Assembly: GCF_000143415.4 (NCBI RefSeq)
Contig: NW_003314278.1
Span: 1,098,122-1,148,914 of the forward strand
Direction: 5' to 3'
DNA from: Selaginella moellendorffii
Lineage: Eukaryota; Plantae; Lycopodiophyta
Length of the DNA stretch: 50,793 nt
A program made the translations under genes and the position numbers. Positions within the stretch are counted from its first letter, which is position 1. Every line of letters starts with the position of its first letter. The notes below the pieces were generated by a model. The model made no database searches, was not told where the DNA came from, and saw nothing but the letters and a program-made list of their open reading frames with translations. This document shows, piece after piece, positions 48,213 through 50,793 of this stretch.

Positions 48213-50656
48213 TTTGTAATCGGACACTCGGCTTTTATACTCACTTTCCTGTTCCTGGGCATTCGCCAGTACCACAAGGTTCCTACCTTGTCCATGCAGG
48301 GCTACCACGAACCGATTGAACCAATCCATTCCAAAGATCACGTCAAATCCCGCCATGTCTAGCACAGTGAAATCCATGTTTACTTTCCATGTCCCTACTT
48401 CGACTCTCACTTGTCGAAGTACCTCATCAGTGCTTTGGTTACCTTGAACAAACTCTATAGTCCTTGGTTCGCCTAGCCGCTGCACCGTTAGTCCGGCTTG
48501 CCGGACTATGTCTACAGCCACAAAATTATCCGAAGCACCCGTGTCAATAAGGATCTTAACAAAGCTACCTCTGAGCTTCCTTCGAAGGGCTAGTAGATGT
48601 CGCGAACGACTCTCTACCAAAGTTGCTCGTGTAATGAGTAACTTTGAGTTAGGGATTAGATCACATACCTCAATTTGGACTTCACCCGACTTGATGACTA
48701 TATTCTGGCCTCTGGCCTTCTTCGAGTAGGGACATTCCCTCGAAAAGTATCCCGCTTCACCGCAGTTGTAGCATATGTTGTTTCCCACGCTGCTATACGA
48801 TTTGACCTTCTTATCCGTGGGTTTGTCTTTTTTCGCTTGACTCCCCCACGTACTCGCTTGCTGGGCACTGAATTTGCCTTTCCGGAACCCCGAAGACTCA
48901 TTCTTAGAGAAACTCTTCTTGAATTTCCCTCTGCTATACGTTCCTCTTGGATTGGCCCCTTTGCTAAACATGGATCCCGACCCCGTCGTGTTCCCCTTTC
49001 ATAGGTTATCATTGAAATGCACCTTGATGGCCGCATCCAACACTTCCTTGTAGTTGGTTTCAGCACATCACCTCACCGCGAGCCCAGGTTTGCAAACCTG
49101 ATATGAAGGCATGGAACGCATCCATATCCCCCATGTCCGTGACAAGTATCGTCTTTTCCATGAACCCATTCACATATTCCTGGATGGTTCCAGTCTGCTT
49201 CAGCCTACTCAACTCATCTCTCAGATGTAGAGTGGCATTCGGAGGAATGTATGTTGCACGGATCCTCGCCTTCATCATGTCCCAAGTGGCCACTGGTCCT
49301 TCGTTGGCCTCCGTCGTTCTCCACCAAGACTTGGCATTATATTCCAAGTATGGTTTTGCACATGGGACCTTCTCCGAGCTCGGTAATCGCAACGCTCGGA
49401 AGTAGTCCTCTATATCGTAAAACCAATCCTCCACCACCTTATAGTCATTCACTCCCTTGAAGACCGGTGGGGGCTTTGGTTTGTACTTGGGAACTGCCTG
49501 AGGGACTGATTCTACTTCGGTCTGTTTGACCTTGTTTGGTTCTGCCTCAGTCCCTGCTGAAGGGTCTGCACCTTCTGTGCTGCCAGCATCCGCAGTCTTT
49601 CTCTTTTTCTTCTGCTTTTCATCACGCTTTAGCTTGCGTACGAGAGTCTCCAGCAGGGCATTGGTCTGTGCCAACTGTCCTTCTAACACATTCAATCGAG
49701 CCTTGGACGACCGAACCTCGCCACCAGACTCCTGTTTGGAAGTTTCCTCACTAGAGTCCTCCTCATGCAAGGATTCCTCACCCATAGCCTCTTGTTCGAC
49801 TGGAGGCTCCAGCTCCGGCGGAAGTTCCGTCTCCGCCTGGGTTTGCTTACGCCCTGCCCTTGCCATCTCCCAGCAATCCGCCTCTATCTTTCGCTAGAAC
49901 TGGGGAAAAGGCTCCGATACCAAATTGTAAGCCACAAATTTTTCCTTTCTAATTTGCCAACTTACCTCGTCTATCCGACCTCCACTGCCTTGGCTTGTGC
50001 TAAGTTCCCTTTCCAAGGTTCTCGCCTATTGTACCAGCTCCTACTTGGTCCTACTTGCTTTCAGCTACTCACTGCATGAGCAACAGAGTGTTAGCCATCC
50101 ATCTACGGATTCCCAAATCTCTCCCAATCCCCCTCCCCGGGTTAGACTGGACTTAAGGTTCGGCTACACTCCCCACAAGCACAAGCAGCCAAGCACACTA
50201 AGCCTCTAAGTTCCTAACACCCCTTGGTACAACAAGACTTGATCATGGGACCCTCTAAATCCCAAGCCTTGGGTGCAGCACTTGCTTCGGGACATCGGGG
50301 CGAAACACCGTGGCCTAACGGCCCGGTATGGGTACCTCTACCCCCCCACTTCCATCCTGAAGGGAAGGCCCAAGCCCCTAGGAAGGGCGAGGACCAATGA
50401 GCCGCAAGGTACTCAAGTGGGGCACCACTCCACATGAGCCGGGAGCACCGCAGTCGGTTTCCCTTTCGGGAGTGGGAGCTGCTCTTGAACACTTCCCTGG
50501 GTGGCCCCTCCGGCACCACCCAAGCCCATGCTCACTCCCACCCAAGGCCCCTCGGTCCCAGTCCCAACCTCAAGTCAGTTTGGGAGCCCCACTGGAGAGT
50601 CCCTTCTAAACTGGTTCCTGGACCTCACTATCCCTACTATACTTTTGGAACCCCCT
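48213..50656 (-). mobile_element. Ty3/gypsy element 5' portion (LTR, PBS, gag, zinc knuckle, protease), 3' truncated
   Basis: gag 49060-49866; CYNCGEAGYFSREC; ILIDTGASDNFV; tRNA-Met PBS 49911-49922 (rc tggtatcggagc); LTR from 49926. Confidence 0.9.
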
Positions 50657-50793
50657 TGTAAGGAACCAACTCGCCGAGGTGTCGTACGCTAAAGGAACCC
50701 CGAAAGCATGACCAAAATGACAAAGAGTTCATCGGATGGGACCAAGTCAAAGATGTTCGAGTCCAAGACCGACTCTAGGACCGAGTTCGAGAT

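Overview
Plant heterochromatic, TE-rich window; short introns, the PPR style and a DYW:WW domain suggest a lycophyte such as Selaginella (inference). It holds nested Ty3/gypsy elements and solo LTRs, L1/Tx1-type LINE fragments, a disrupted PLS-E-DYW PPR gene, a decayed 45S rDNA unit (putative spacer and Pol I start, 5'ETS, 18S 5' part fused to a 25S segment), and pseudogene fragments of RRP5, alpha-L-fucosidase, SEC16 and PPR genes. Three observations stand out. (1) The 25S rDNA breaks off in domain V at CTCTAGTCC(G/A)ACTTTGT and is followed by four antisense inserts, each preceded by a 16-17 bp copy of that motif. Three are copies of an APE-endonuclease LINE, and one is a non-coding 2 kb element sharing the LINE's 3'-end structure. 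This looks like an rDNA site-specific LINE plus a non-autonomous partner. (2) Two LTRs of one gypsy lineage carry, in sense orientation, a block homologous to the putative rDNA Pol I promoter/start site (TATAGTAGGG). (3) The DYW-PPR has an N-terminal OSB-type PDF ssDNA-binding motif.
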